A stretch of DNA of 32,000 nucleotides from an uncultured Rhodoplanes sp. (GTDB lineage: Bacteria; Pseudomonadota; Alphaproteobacteria; Rhizobiales; Xanthobacteraceae): the NCBI GenBank assembly GCA_964528635.1, contig CAZGSW010000004.1, forward strand, positions 5,667 to 37,666. The letters run 5' to 3'. Below are positions 1 through 9,711 of this stretch, one piece after another (position 1 is the stretch's first letter; the number at the start of each line of letters is the position of its first letter). Position numbers and translations under genes: made by a program. The notes below the pieces were generated by a model. It did not search any database. It saw only the letters and a list, made by a program, of their open reading frames with translations, and was not told the DNA's origin.

Positions 1-1
1 G

Positions 2-340
2 ATGGATGCCGGCGCAGACGGTTTCATCAGCAAGGCGGTTTCATCGAGCGAGATCGTGTCGGCGATCACAGCGGCGCTTGCCGGGGATATCGTCGTGCGG
101 ACCGAAAGCACGATTAGCGAGAGCGGTCCGATGCCATCGGACCGGCTGGCACGGCTTTCGTCGCGGCAGCGCGAAGTGCTCCGGTCGATCGCGGCCGGAC
201 GATCGAACAAGGAGATCGCCCGGGAGCTGGGCATCTCGCCGTTCACCGTTCGGATTCACGTCTCAGCAGTGCTGCGAGCGCTTGAAGTTCCGACCCGCGC
301 CGCCGCTGCGGGCATTGCTGCGGAATTGGGCCTGCTCTGA
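2..340 (+). CDS. NarL/FixJ-type (LuxR HTH) response regulator, 3' part only; the gene starts upstream of the window
   Basis: ORF is open to the window edge. End of a receiver domain ([10 protein letters not shown]) is followed by a GerE/LuxR HTH: [43 protein letters not shown]. Stop TGA at 338-340. Confidence 0.85.
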   Translation: MDAGADGFISKAVSSSEIVSAITAALAGDIVVRTESTISESGPMPSDRLARLSSRQREVLRSIAAGRSNKEIARELGISPFTVRIHVSAVLRALEVPTRAAAAGIAAELGLL

Positions 341-2184
341 GACTGTCCGGCGACGGCAGCGAGCAGCAGCGAGCGAAGCTGGGCGGGTCTGGCGGGTTTC
401 GAAAGGACCGTGATGCCCCCGGCGGCGGTCTGATCCCGCAGAACGGTGGTGTCGGACCCTGTTGTGATGGCGGCGGGAATCTCCAGCCCGCTCACAGCGC
501 GCAACCCGTGAATGATTTCCAGTCCGTTGCGGTCGAGACCGAGATCCTGGTCGCACAGGATGAAATCGATGTCTCGAACGGACTCGGACTCGATTGCCGG
601 GTTGGCCGTGGCCCGAACCGAACAGCCCCAGCGTGCCAGAATCTTGACCGTGCTTTCCCGGGCACTTTCGTCGTCGTCGATGACCAAAACGCGCAGTCCT
701 TCCAGCTTGCGTTGATGGCTGCGCGCCGCAGGGGTCGCGGAATCGATCCGGGGCGGAACCGCAACGAGACCGTCGATACGAAACTCGCTGCCGCGACCGG
801 GCTGCGACCGCAATACGATCCGGACCGCCATCAATTCGCTCAGACGCTTGACGATCGACAGTCCGAGGCCGATGCCTTCGATGCGCCCGCCACGGTGCTT
901 TTCGAGCCGCACGAACTCGCGGAAAATTCGGTCGCGATCCTGATCCACAATCCCGGGCCCCTGGTCGATCACGGCGACAGAGATGCGGCCTCGGAAGCGG
1001 CGGACCCCGACCAGAACCTTGCCGCCGGGCGCGTATTTGAGGGCGTTGGAGACCAGGTTCTGCAGCATGACGTGCAGCAGTGCGGGATCGGTTCGTACCC
1101 ACAGGCGGGTCCGCACCGATCGCAAGCGCACCGACTGCAGCCTGGCGGGTTCTTGCGCCTGCCGGATCACGTCGCCGATGACTTCGGCAAGGGGCGTATC
1201 GACCGGGTTCGGCTTGACCTGGCCGACATCGATGGCTGACAGGTCGAGCAGGGAGCGGCACAGGCGCGAGAGCGAATCGATCGAACGGTCGATATTTTGC
1301 AGAATGTCCCGGCCTTCGCGTCCGAGCCGCAGGCTTTTGAGACATTCAATGAACAGGCCGATGGCATGGATCGGTTGCCGCAGGTCGTGGCTCGCCTGAG
1401 CGAGGAAGCGCAGTCTGGCGTCATGTGCCTCCTGCAACTGCCCGGTCGTCACCGAAAGTTGCTGGTTCTTGCGGGCCAGGTCGCGGGACATCGCGACGTT
1501 GTCGGCTAGAAACCGGTTCATCCGCAGCGCCAGGATCGTCAGCGTGAAGCCGAACAGAAGAATCATGGCTGCCATTGCCAGTGATCGCAGGTCGCGTCCG
1601 TAGACCACATAAGCGAGCGCGAGCAGAGGCACAGACGTCCATACCGAGCACATGCAGCTTCGCAAAAGCGCGTGCTGGGAGCTGACGGCGCCAAGCGCGG
1701 TCCCGCCAAGGATCAAGGTATAGAACACGAGTGTCTCGAACCCGGCAGTTGCCGCGCAGGCGACGGCACCGCCGCCCCAGGTCAGCCCGATCAGTGCGGT
1801 GGCGAGCGAATGGCCGACGCCAAACCAGTCTGCCGGCACGTTCGGAAGCCAGTTGCGATGATAGGACAGGCTCAGCGCTGCGAGCGAGAGGGTGAGCACC
1901 AGCATCGCGGCGAACCACAGCCAGGCCCAGTTCTCGACAAGGTTCGCCTCAGGTGCGGCCGGCGCGCTCTGGCTCAGCACCACAAACGTCAGTGTCACCA
2001 CGCCTAGGTGAATGAGCCAGTTCGATGCGCCGATCGAGAACAGATAGTCGAGGCGCCAATCGGCGCCGGACTCGGACCGAATCGTACCGGTGGTCAACGC
2101 CTGGCCCCTCGGCAGCCTGCGATCCGGAGCGAACCAGTCCGCTCGACCTGCGGTCGCAGTTGCGCCGGCAGCGGACTTCGCCAT
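256..2184 (-). CDS. hybrid sensor histidine kinase / response regulator with a multi-pass membrane N-terminus
   Basis: 642-aa ORF with a hydrophobic N-terminal ~230 aa. H-box [18 protein letters not shown]-box [16 protein letters not shown]-boxes DQGPGI and [10 protein letters not shown]-terminal receiver: [12 protein letters not shown] ... ILCDQDLG ... LSKP. Confidence 0.9.
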   Translation of the reverse strand: MAKSAAGATATAGRADWFAPDRRLPRGQALTTGTIRSESGADWRLDYLFSIGASNWLIHLGVVTLTFVVLSQSAPAAPEANLVENWAWLWFAAMLVLTLSLAALSLSYHRNWLPNVPADWFGVGHSLATALIGLTWGGGAVACAATAGFETLVFYTLILGGTALGAVSSQHALLRSCMCSVWTSVPLLALAYVVYGRDLRSLAMAAMILLFGFTLTILALRMNRFLADNVAMSRDLARKNQQLSVTTGQLQEAHDARLRFLAQASHDLRQPIHAIGLFIECLKSLRLGREGRDILQNIDRSIDSLSRLCRSLLDLSAIDVGQVKPNPVDTPLAEVIGDVIRQAQEPARLQSVRLRSVRTRLWVRTDPALLHVMLQNLVSNALKYAPGGKVLVGVRRFRGRISVAVIDQGPGIVDQDRDRIFREFVRLEKHRGGRIEGIGLGLSIVKRLSELMAVRIVLRSQPGRGSEFRIDGLVAVPPRIDSATPAARSHQRKLEGLRVLVIDDDESARESTVKILARWGCSVRATANPAIESESVRDIDFILCDQDLGLDRNGLEIIHGLRAVSGLEIPAAITTGSDTTVLRDQTAAGGITVLSKPARPAQLRSLLLAAVAGQSQSRPNSAAMPAAAARVGTSSARSTAET

Positions 2185-2270
2185 GCAGAATGGGACAAGG
2201 GCGCGAGGTGGGCAACTAGCTCGCCTGACCTAATTGCCGCGCTGCCCAAAGCCGGATATCCGTCCGATGC

Positions 2271-2678
2271 ATGTCTCCCACGATCCAGTACATCCTGATG
2301 CTTTTGCGCGGGGCCGGACACGCGGCTTGCTACGGCGCCGCGGTCTGGCTGGTCGAGATTTCGAAAGGTAATAGCAATTTCGCTCTGGTCGGGGTGCCCG
2401 CCATGGGCGTCGCATTTCTGGTCTGGTTGCTGGTGGTCGGCCGTCGCCGTCCTTCGATCCTGCGGCTTGTAGCGACGGGCTATGCCACGGTGGCACCGGC
2501 TGCGATGCTGGTGCTGCTCGGCCTCGGCGCCAACACCGAACTGACCCTGCGCTTCGGCGTGCTGATCCTACCGCTGGTCGTGATCGTGACCGGTACGATC
2601 GCCGCGACGATCACGGTCGGCTATGGGCTTGGCCTTCGTCTGCTTGAGAGCCCCGTGTCCGTCAGGAATAGCCCGTGA
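2271..2678 (+). CDS. hypothetical small integral membrane protein (about 4 predicted TM segments)
   Basis: 135-aa ORF with ATG at 2271. Strongly hydrophobic stretches (ALVGVPAMGVAFLVWLLVV, VAPAAMLVLLGLG, FGVLILPLVVIVTGTIAATITVGYGLGL). No family recognised. Confidence 0.5.
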   Translation: MSPTIQYILMLLRGAGHAACYGAAVWLVEISKGNSNFALVGVPAMGVAFLVWLLVVGRRRPSILRLVATGYATVAPAAMLVLLGLGANTELTLRFGVLILPLVVIVTGTIAATITVGYGLGLRLLESPVSVRNSP

Positions 2679-2773
2679 ACGGCTCACGCAAGAGAGCGGA
2701 GCTCTGCTCACGAAAAGACAGGCGGACCAATGCGACCTGACGTCGCAAGAACGAGTGTGTCAGCCGCGTTGAA

Positions 2774-3232
2774 ATGCGGTTTGACTCAAGCAAAACTCAC
2801 CTCGACTGTCGAATTCATGTGTTGATGGAAGGAAACGCCAAAATGGGTATTTTTGAAAATCAAGTTGATATTGCTCGGGATAATCGTTCCCCGGGACCAT
2901 GCTTTGGTTCGAACACAGCCTTCGGAGAGGGGCGAGCGATACGATCCCTCCATTGCGTTCTCGCTGCTATTTTTGTGCTGGCGAGTTGGCCGGCCGCTGC
3001 GCAAAACAATTTTCGGATCGTGCGTGAGTTTCACCAACCCGCCGCGCCTAATGTCGAGCGCGCGGACATTACAATTATCAACTGCCAAAGCAGAGAATAC
3101 TACATCTACCGGTATTATCGCTCTCACGGACCAAACTACCGAGCGATCATTCCAGGGCGCTGGGGCAACCCCTTGGGAGGAAGGGACCACCATACGTTTG
3201 ACTCGGCCGTAAAGGCCTCCTGCAATTGGTGA
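2774..3232 (+). CDS. hypothetical small secreted or membrane-anchored protein; start codon uncertain
   Basis: 152-aa ORF in an A/T-richer patch. Internal signal-like segment LHCVLAAIFVLASWPAAAQ followed by a polar Tyr/Arg-rich domain with two Cys. No family recognised. Confidence 0.4.
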   Translation: MRFDSSKTHLDCRIHVLMEGNAKMGIFENQVDIARDNRSPGPCFGSNTAFGEGRAIRSLHCVLAAIFVLASWPAAAQNNFRIVREFHQPAAPNVERADITIINCQSREYYIYRYYRSHGPNYRAIIPGRWGNPLGGRDHHTFDSAVKASCNW

Positions 3233-3397
3233 AGGTTGTCGCATCGAACCGCGTAGCGGCGTTCCGCCTGTTCCCGTCCGGGCCTCCGGGCTTTGGCGGG
3301 AACTGTGAATAGATGCTTCGACGTCGCGGGCCATTGCCCGCCAGCCCGGCCAGAGTTTGTCGATCGGCAATAGACCTTCGGCAATAGAAGGAAAGTC

Positions 3398-3904
3398 ATG
3401 ATGAAACGCTGGTCCTGTTTGGTGTTTCTTGCGGTTGTTATGATGACGGCACCGGTTCAGTCCCAGCCTCAGCGCAACGCGCGTCAAGTCCTGAATCTTT
3501 TTAATGATATCTGTCTTGCCACGATTGGCGACAGTTTTGCTGGCGCCAGCGAGAAAGCCCGCGAACTGGGCTTCCGCACTGAAGCGGCCGCTTCATATAT
3601 CGAACTGAACGCCCCGGGTTTTTCCGGCGGCTGGTCGCGTACAACAACCCCGCGCAACGAGAAGTACTGCGAGATCGGCTCGACGACCGCCAACCGTCTT
3701 GAATTGGCACGTTTGATCGAACAGCGCCTGCGGCAGAACACTGGCCGCGAGCCGAGACGGGTCGTCCACCCCCTCGCCGACGCGGTCGCCTGGTCGATCC
3801 CCTACCAGGGCAAGCGACTCTATTATACTGTCACGGTGGGCTTTAACGATGATCCACGCATTGGTGCAACGGCCCAAATTACGTTTCACCTTAGTCGGCC
3901 ATAG
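3398..3904 (+). CDS. hypothetical secreted protein
   Basis: 168-aa ORF. SD-like GAAGGAAAG lies upstream of ATG 3398. Canonical signal peptide MMKRWSCLVFLAVVMMTAPVQSQ. No family recognised. Confidence 0.6.
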   Translation: MMKRWSCLVFLAVVMMTAPVQSQPQRNARQVLNLFNDICLATIGDSFAGASEKARELGFRTEAAASYIELNAPGFSGGWSRTTTPRNEKYCEIGSTTANRLELARLIEQRLRQNTGREPRRVVHPLADAVAWSIPYQGKRLYYTVTVGFNDDPRIGATAQITFHLSRP

Positions 3905-3949
3905 GTGACCTGAACCGCCCCGGGTTCGTCGGAGGCCATTTGGGTTGAG

Positions 3950-4140
3950 TCACGCCGCCAAGGCTGGTTGTCCCCAGCATGGGGTATAGCGTTCCTCGGC
4001 TTCTGCCAGCGGGATGTTGCCGATTGGCTCAAGCAGCAGCCGGTTGTTGAACTAGTCCACTCATTCCAGCGTTGTGAACTCGACTGCTTCGAACGACCGC
4101 CACGGTTGACATGCTCCCCCAACATGCCCTCGGTCATAAG
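3950..4140 (-). pseudogene. IS3-family transposase (rve integrase) C-terminal remnant with in-frame stops
   Basis: Minus-strand reading gives ...PWRSFEAVEFTTLE*VD*FNNRLLLEPIGNIPLAEAEERYTPCWGQPALAA*. This matches the conserved IS3-family C-terminus (LEWVDWFNNRRLLEPIGNIPPAEAE). Both Trp positions are now stop codons (TGA 4061-4063, TAG 4052-4054). Confidence 0.65.
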
Positions 4141-4575
4141 GAGCATCTGTTCCAACTTTGCTCCTGATCGGGGCGTGCTGCGAACTCATTGGGCGTGAGA
4201 CCGTTCGGGCTCGTGTGCGGTCTGTTGGTGTTGTAGTCGATCCTCCATTCTTCGATGATCCGGCGCGCCTCATTGAGGATGCCGAACAGGTATTCGTTGA
4301 GGCACTCATCGCGCGGGCGCCCGTTGACGCTTTCCACCAACCCATTTCTGCATTGGTTTGCCGGACTCGGCGTAGTGCCATTCGATCGCACGCTCCTGCT
4401 GTCACGGTACACGACGTTGGAGGTGATCTCGCGGGTTCGTCCGAGAACTTCCTTCATCCAGTCGTGAAGCTGAAATGTGTGGACGCCCAAATCCTGCGAC
4501 GCCTGCATATACGACACGGCCAGGTCATTAATTGTCGGAGCCTCCTTGGATGTCGGAGCCTACTTGCCAATCTCA
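4134..4575 (-). pseudogene. internally deleted IS3-family element remnant (OrfA HTH fragment joined to an OrfB C-terminal fragment)
   Basis: 127-aa ORF. N-terminal SYMQASQDLGVHTFQLHDWMKE resembles the IS3 OrfA HTH. The C-terminal part NGLVESVNGRPRDECLNEYLFGILNEARRIIEEWRIDYNTNRPHTSPNGLTPNEFA resembles the IS3 OrfB end. The catalytic core between them is missing. An 18-nt tandem duplication lies at the upstream edge (4533-4561). Confidence 0.75.
4446..4521. repeat. left copy of a direct repeat (IS3 OrfA-derived) shared with 19133-19207
   Basis: Hand alignment with 19133-19207 gives about 80% identity over about 75 nt with one 1-nt indel, same orientation. Confidence 0.7.
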
Positions 4576-5019
4576 ATCCCTGCCTTTGGGCCACGCTACG
4601 CGCATTGCCGCAGCAAGGTCGACCTCGCCTGGTTGCTCACGCGCCTTGTGATATCTCTCTGGCAGATTTCGAAGGTTCGCAAGCCTGAACCTCGCGCAAC
4701 TCGACCGAATGCGGACGCGACCCTTGAGGAGATGAACTCTTGCCTCACGGACGGCTCGCAGGACGTCTCGAACCAACCCGGCCGCAACCTGGTACAAACG
4801 GACTAGTCTGAAGCGTTCAGCTTTTCCGGGGTGCGTGCTTAACTGGCGCGATCAATGCGGGCCGCACCTTTGGGCGCGCATTCAAACTGCCACTTCGGAT
4901 CGAAAGCCGAAGTCCGGCCCCGATGCGTTCTTGGGGACGGCGCGGGGACGAGTGGTTCTACCGACAAGCCGGAAGACTTGAACGACCTGAATTCGCTGGA
5001 AAGAGACGGGAGAGGCCTG

Positions 5020-5241
5020 ATGGGACCGGCATTATTGACGATCCTTTCGGTGACGTTGCGTCGCTGGCGAAAGCAACAGTGGAGCACCCCGGCCACACGT
5101 CACCCACCGCCCCGCCTGCCTCGCATCACACCGCACCAGCCGCCGCGCAAGCCAACGACGGCAACACGCCAACCTCCGCCGCGCTGCATCGATGGCAAAT
5201 GGGTGAACCATACCGATCCCCGCTGCAAGCCGTACTGGTGA
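5020..5241 (+). CDS. possible small Pro/Arg-rich protein immediately upstream of the sterol operon (weak call)
   Basis: ATG 5020 is preceded by GGGAGAGG. The product MGPALLTILSVTL... is followed by a PPPR-rich segment ending CIDGKWVNHTDPRCKPYW. The stop lies 6 nt before the Rieske gene ATG. The third-position G+C I counted by hand is about 70%. Confidence 0.25.
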   Translation: MGPALLTILSVTLRRWRKQQWSTPATRHPPPRLPRITPHQPPRKPTTATRQPPPRCIDGKWVNHTDPRCKPYW

Positions 5242-5247
5242 CGGGTC

Positions 5248-6387
5248 ATGCCAGAACAGTCCGCACATGGAGAACGAAGGGTGCGTCTCGATGAAAGTCC
5301 GACGCCACCGTCTTTTGAACAGGCGAAGACACGGCGTCAGCAGGCACGCGCCGCAGGACTGCACCCCGATCATTGGTATGCCGTCGAGTACGATTCCGCT
5401 CTCAAGGCCGGTTGCGTCATAGAAACCCACTTCTGGGGACGTTCGATCGCTTTGTTCCGGGGCGACGACGAGACCGTTCGGGCGATCGAGAACCGCTGTC
5501 TGCACCGTCAACTGAAGCTATCGCTCGGCGAAGTGAAGGGCTGCAACCTCGTGTGCGCGTATCACGGCTGGACGTACGACGGTTCCGGTAAGCTGGCAGC
5601 GGTTCCGCATGATCTGTTCGGTCACAAACAGCCTGCAGCCGGGCTGAGGTCCTTTCCGGTCAAGGTCCGATATGGACTGATCTGGATATTCCCAGGCGAT
5701 GCGCGGCTTGCCGACGCCACGCCGTTGCCGGATATCCCCGAACTCGAAGGTCCCGATGCCTGGGTCTGCGTGCCGCTCGATTTCACCTGGCAGGCGCACC
5801 ACTCGATGATCATCGAAAACGTCTGCGATTTCACGCACGCGCATCTGCATCGCGACTACCGGCCGATCAACGATGCGACACTGACGCTGCTCGAACCCGG
5901 CGAACGCCGCGTAAAACTCAGTTACGATGTGCTGGTGGGCGACGGCCAATTCTCCAGGCATTTCGTCGACCGCAACAAGGTCAAGGTCGACAAAATGGAA
6001 TTGTGCTTTGAGTACCCATATCAGTGGTCCAACACGGGCGACCGCATCAAGCACTGGTGCTTCTTTCTGCCAATCGACCGCCGGATCACTCGTGTCTTCT
6101 TTCTGTTCTATTTCGACGCGCTGCGAATTCCGGGAACGCATATTCCTATTCCGAAATGGCTGATGAAACCCGTTCTCAAAGCCGCCAACCGGATGATGAT
6201 CCGGCCGATCCTGATGCAGGATGGCGAAATGGTCGAGGCCGAGCAAAGGGCCTATGACTCGAACACGTCCGGTCCTGCAATCGAACTCAATCCCGCAGTT
6301 CTCGAATTCCAGAATCTGACGGTCCGCTCATGGCAACGGCATCTCGACGCCCCACAACTCCAACCGCGTGAGGCTCGTCTTGCGTAG
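5248..6387 (+). CDS. Rieske [2Fe-2S] non-haem-iron oxygenase; candidate sterol C-4 methyl oxidase (SdmA-like) by context
   Basis: 379 aa. Rieske motif CLHR-x16-CAYHGW. Mononuclear-iron region ENVCDFTHAHLH. First gene of a coupled operon with OSC and squalene epoxidase. Confidence 0.8.
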   Translation: MPEQSAHGERRVRLDESPTPPSFEQAKTRRQQARAAGLHPDHWYAVEYDSALKAGCVIETHFWGRSIALFRGDDETVRAIENRCLHRQLKLSLGEVKGCNLVCAYHGWTYDGSGKLAAVPHDLFGHKQPAAGLRSFPVKVRYGLIWIFPGDARLADATPLPDIPELEGPDAWVCVPLDFTWQAHHSMIIENVCDFTHAHLHRDYRPINDATLTLLEPGERRVKLSYDVLVGDGQFSRHFVDRNKVKVDKMELCFEYPYQWSNTGDRIKHWCFFLPIDRRITRVFFLFYFDALRIPGTHIPIPKWLMKPVLKAANRMMIRPILMQDGEMVEAEQRAYDSNTSGPAIELNPAVLEFQNLTVRSWQRHLDAPQLQPREARLA

Positions 6388-8380
6388 CGCCACCGTACCC
6401 AAACCGGTCGATAGCTCCTCGGATCTGGCAGCGGCGGCGCTTACGACACTTCAGAGGCAAGACGGCGGCTGGGAAGGTGAAGTCGTCTGGTGCCCAATCA
6501 TTACAGCCCAGGTTGTGATCTTGCATGTCATCGCAGACAAGCCAATCGCGGAAGAGCGGCGGCGTTTGCTGTTGAGACAGTTCGAGGTGACGCGCCGGCC
6601 TGACGGCGGCTGGGGATTGCATCCGGAATCGCACTCGTACCGATTTGTCACCACGTTGGTCTATGTCGCGGCGAGATTGCTTGGCGAGCCGCCGCACAGC
6701 CCGATGCTGAGCGAAGCGCGCGCATTGCTGGATCGCGAACCCGGCGGGATCTTCGGCCTGCCGCAGTGGGGCAAGGTGTGGCTTTCGTTCATCGGCCTGT
6801 TCGATCCGCGCGGACTGAAGCCGCTCCCGCCCGAGGTGTTCCTCCTTCCGCACTGGGCCCCGATCTCGCCGCAGCGGTATTATTGTCATACCCGCTACAT
6901 TTACCTGGTTATGTCGTACCTGGTTGGCTCGGGATACTCCGCAAACATCGGGCCTATCACCGACGAATTGCGCCGCGAACTCTTCGGTAATGCTCGCCCT
7001 GACGACGCGATCCGCCATCGTCATGATCTTGCATTGAGTGACTCCTACGTGCGTCCGAGCCGCATGCTTGTATCTCTATACGGTGCAATGTCCGCTTTTG
7101 GGAACATTGCAAAGTATCTGCCTGGGGCGGCGGCACTTCGACGCCGCGCGCTCGACACATGCATGAGGCAGATCGTTTTTGAACAGAGAAGCACAAACTA
7201 CCAGGGCATCTCTCCGGTAAGCAGCGTTCTGAACACGCTCGCGTTGCATGCGCAGGATGCGCACAGCGCGGATACCAGACACAGCTTCGACGGCATCGAA
7301 AGCTGGCGCTGGGACGACGAACACAGCGGCTCGCGCTATGCGGGCGCGCGCTCCACCACCTGGGATACCAGCTTTGCAATCCAGGCGCTGCTTGCAAGCG
7401 GGCACAAGACATCACTCAGGCACGCCGCATCATTGCGCCTCGCCTATCGGCGTCTGACCGAAATGCAGATGACGTCAGATCTTGACGGCGGCCGGGAGCA
7501 TGCGCGTGACACGATCCTGGGTGGCTGGTGCGTCAGCGATGGCACTCATCGATGGCCAGTCAGCGATTGCGCCGCCGAAGCGATCATCAGCCTGCTCGAT
7601 TGTCACGACGTGCCCGGATTGATCCCGGAACGCGACCGCTTGCCAGCATCCCGGCTGGATCAGGCTGCAGCCTTTATTCTCAGTCGGCAAAACGACGACG
7701 GCGGATTCGGCAGCTATGAGCGACGCCGCGGCGCCCGCTTCCTGGAACGGCTCAATCCATCGGAAATGTTCGGCCAGTGCATGACCGAACTGTCTTATGT
7801 CGAATGTACCGGCTCGTCGGTGCGCGCGCTCATCCGCCTGAAACGGCATGGTACGAATCTGCCTGCCTCGCAACTGCAGTCCGCCATCGATCGCGGACTA
7901 AGAATCATTTTGGATCGGCAGCGCCCGGATGGAAGTTGGCCGGGCTTTTGGGGCATCAATTTCATTTACGGCGCGCATTTTGCAGCCGCTGCGCTTGGCG
8001 AAGCCGGAGTCCCGCCCAGCCATCCCGCCCTGGCTCGAGCCGCCCGTTGGCTCAAGGGCGTCCAGCACGCGGACGGTGGCTGGGGCGAACACTTCTCCGG
8101 CTGCCTCGACGACACTTTCGTCGACCATCCCAGCAGTCTCATCAGCAGCACCGCATGGGCTTGCCTGACGCTGATGCATGTCGAACCAATTGTTTCGCCG
8201 GAACTGGAGCGAGGCATCGCATATCTGGTCGATCGTCAGCTCGAAGGGGGCGGCTTTCCGCGCGAAGGAGTCAACGGGGTGTTCTTTGGCACCGCCATGC
8301 TCGAGTACGCACTTTACAACAGCTACTTCCCGGCGATGGCGCTGGCGCAATTCGACAGGCTCCGCAATGGCAGACATTGA
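6368..8380 (+). CDS. oxidosqualene cyclase (lanosterol/cycloartenol-synthase type), not a squalene-hopene cyclase
   Basis: 670 aa. Catalytic motif WPVSDCAAEA is of the OSC VSDCTAE type, not the SHC DxDDTA type. OSC-type YYCHTRYIYLVMSYL. Several QW-type repeats (QNDDGGFGSYE, QRPDGSWPGFWG, QHADGGWGE, QLEGGGFPRE). GTG start at 6368 overlaps the upstream gene by 20 nt; the start is uncertain by a few codons. Confidence 0.9.
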   Translation: MRLVLRSATVPKPVDSSSDLAAAALTTLQRQDGGWEGEVVWCPIITAQVVILHVIADKPIAEERRRLLLRQFEVTRRPDGGWGLHPESHSYRFVTTLVYVAARLLGEPPHSPMLSEARALLDREPGGIFGLPQWGKVWLSFIGLFDPRGLKPLPPEVFLLPHWAPISPQRYYCHTRYIYLVMSYLVGSGYSANIGPITDELRRELFGNARPDDAIRHRHDLALSDSYVRPSRMLVSLYGAMSAFGNIAKYLPGAAALRRRALDTCMRQIVFEQRSTNYQGISPVSSVLNTLALHAQDAHSADTRHSFDGIESWRWDDEHSGSRYAGARSTTWDTSFAIQALLASGHKTSLRHAASLRLAYRRLTEMQMTSDLDGGREHARDTILGGWCVSDGTHRWPVSDCAAEAIISLLDCHDVPGLIPERDRLPASRLDQAAAFILSRQNDDGGFGSYERRRGARFLERLNPSEMFGQCMTELSYVECTGSSVRALIRLKRHGTNLPASQLQSAIDRGLRIILDRQRPDGSWPGFWGINFIYGAHFAAAALGEAGVPPSHPALARAARWLKGVQHADGGWGEHFSGCLDDTFVDHPSSLISSTAWACLTLMHVEPIVSPELERGIAYLVDRQLEGGGFPREGVNGVFFGTAMLEYALYNSYFPAMALAQFDRLRNGRH

Positions 8381-9701
8381 ATATGATGTCGTCATTGCCG
8401 GTGGCGGGATTGCCGGAGCGGCGGCCGCCGCCGCGCTTCGAGAATTCAATTTTTCCGTTCTGGTCGTCGAGCCCGGACAACATTCAGAGCGACGGCTTGG
8501 GGGCGAGTTGATTCATCCGGCTGGCGTGTCGGCGCTCAAGGAATTGGGGCTGTTCGACGAACGCGCCTTTGGCCGCGGGGTCTCAATCGCTGGCTTCGTT
8601 GCGCTGCCAGGTCTTCATGACGACTGGTCGGATATCCACCTGCCCTACGCAAGCGACTGGGGCCCTCGAAACGCAATCGCGCTGGACCACGGCACACTTC
8701 GAGCCACACTTTGGTCTGCGATCGAGGCTATGCCACATGTCACCACGATCCACGGCGGACGTGTGGTGGGCGTCGACAATTCGCCAACTTTTGTGCGGGT
8801 TGCGATCCAACAAGGGGCGCGGTCACATACCGTGACCGCACGGCTCCTGATCGCAGCCGACGGCGCATCCAGTGCGGTCCGCTCCCTTGCCGGAATAAAG
8901 CACAAGCGGCGCCCGATCTCCACGATCACAGGCTATCTGATCAGCGACGCCAATCTGCCCCATCCGGGCTTTGGTCACGTTTTCATGGGGGGCGCGGCCC
9001 CGTTGCTCGTCTACGAGATCGGCAACAGTCGCGCGCGAGTGCTGTTCGATCAACCTGTCGGGCAGTCTGCGGTACCTTGCCAGACACATCAGCGCCAGAT
9101 CGTTTCATGCGTGCCCTACCCCAGGCTTCGTGCCGAGATCGAAGCAGCCATGGCCGATCAGCGCGGCTTGCGTTTCGTCAGCGTCAATGTCGTTGTCGCG
9201 CGCTCAGCCCAGCACCGCATGGTGTTGATGGGCGATGCCGGAGGAAGCTGCCATCCGCTGACTGCGACCGGCATGACGGTCGGCATCATCGACGCTCTGC
9301 GGCTGCGCGACACCCTGCGATCCAGAAATCGGGACATTCCGGCTGCAATCGCCCTCTACGGTCGGCTTCGACGCGCACCGCAGCGGACGCGCCATCTGGT
9401 CGCTTCTGCTCTGCACGATGCGTGCAGCTCGACGGGCTCGGAGCAGATGTTGATTCGCGATGGTCTGGTTAACTACTGGCGGCGCAGTCCGCGCGGACGT
9501 CAGGCCAGCATGGCCATTCTGGCCATGAGCGATTACCGGATCGGGTCTGTGTTGCGCGAGATTCTGACGGTGATGAGCCATGGCATCGCGGCGCGATGGA
9601 CAGGCTGGTCGTTTGGCGGCGTCTTGCATGGACTCCGCATGATATCGGGCCTGACGGGAGTTCTGATACGCCAGGTCAGCTTCGCCATACGGGTTCGCTA
9701 G
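8367..9701 (+). CDS. squalene monooxygenase (squalene epoxidase), FAD-dependent
   Basis: ATG 8367 overlaps the OSC stop by 14 nt. FAD fold YDVVIAGGGIAGAAAAAAL. Also GGELIHPAGV, DGASSAVR and MGDAGGSCHPLTATGMTVGIIDA, as in squalene epoxidases. The 63 codons upstream in the ORF track overlap OSC and were not used. Confidence 0.85.
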   Translation: MADIEYDVVIAGGGIAGAAAAAALREFNFSVLVVEPGQHSERRLGGELIHPAGVSALKELGLFDERAFGRGVSIAGFVALPGLHDDWSDIHLPYASDWGPRNAIALDHGTLRATLWSAIEAMPHVTTIHGGRVVGVDNSPTFVRVAIQQGARSHTVTARLLIAADGASSAVRSLAGIKHKRRPISTITGYLISDANLPHPGFGHVFMGGAAPLLVYEIGNSRARVLFDQPVGQSAVPCQTHQRQIVSCVPYPRLRAEIEAAMADQRGLRFVSVNVVVARSAQHRMVLMGDAGGSCHPLTATGMTVGIIDALRLRDTLRSRNRDIPAAIALYGRLRRAPQRTRHLVASALHDACSSTGSEQMLIRDGLVNYWRRSPRGRQASMAILAMSDYRIGSVLREILTVMSHGIAARWTGWSFGGVLHGLRMISGLTGVLIRQVSFAIRVR

Positions 9702-9711
9702 AGGACACAGC

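Noticed and set aside
263-2007. Long alternative-frame and antisense ORFs within the histidine-kinase gene (for example 263-1345 minus, 508-1239 plus, 1421-1918 minus, 1672-2007 plus).
   Set aside because: These are Arg/Pro/Gly-rich shadow ORFs, typical of high-G+C coding DNA. They carry no motifs, and the kinase frame explains the region.
8178-8366. N-terminal 63-codon extension of the squalene-epoxidase ORF in the track.
   Set aside because: It lies entirely inside the OSC coding region in another frame. The FAD-binding fold starts right after ATG 8367, which overlaps the OSC stop.
6368-8380. I considered calling the cyclase a squalene-hopene cyclase, since hopanoids are common in this kind of bacterium.
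   Set aside because: The catalytic motif is VSDCAAE (OSC type) rather than DxDDTA. The gene has the OSC-type CHxRxxYLxMSY motif. It is also coupled to a squalene epoxidase.
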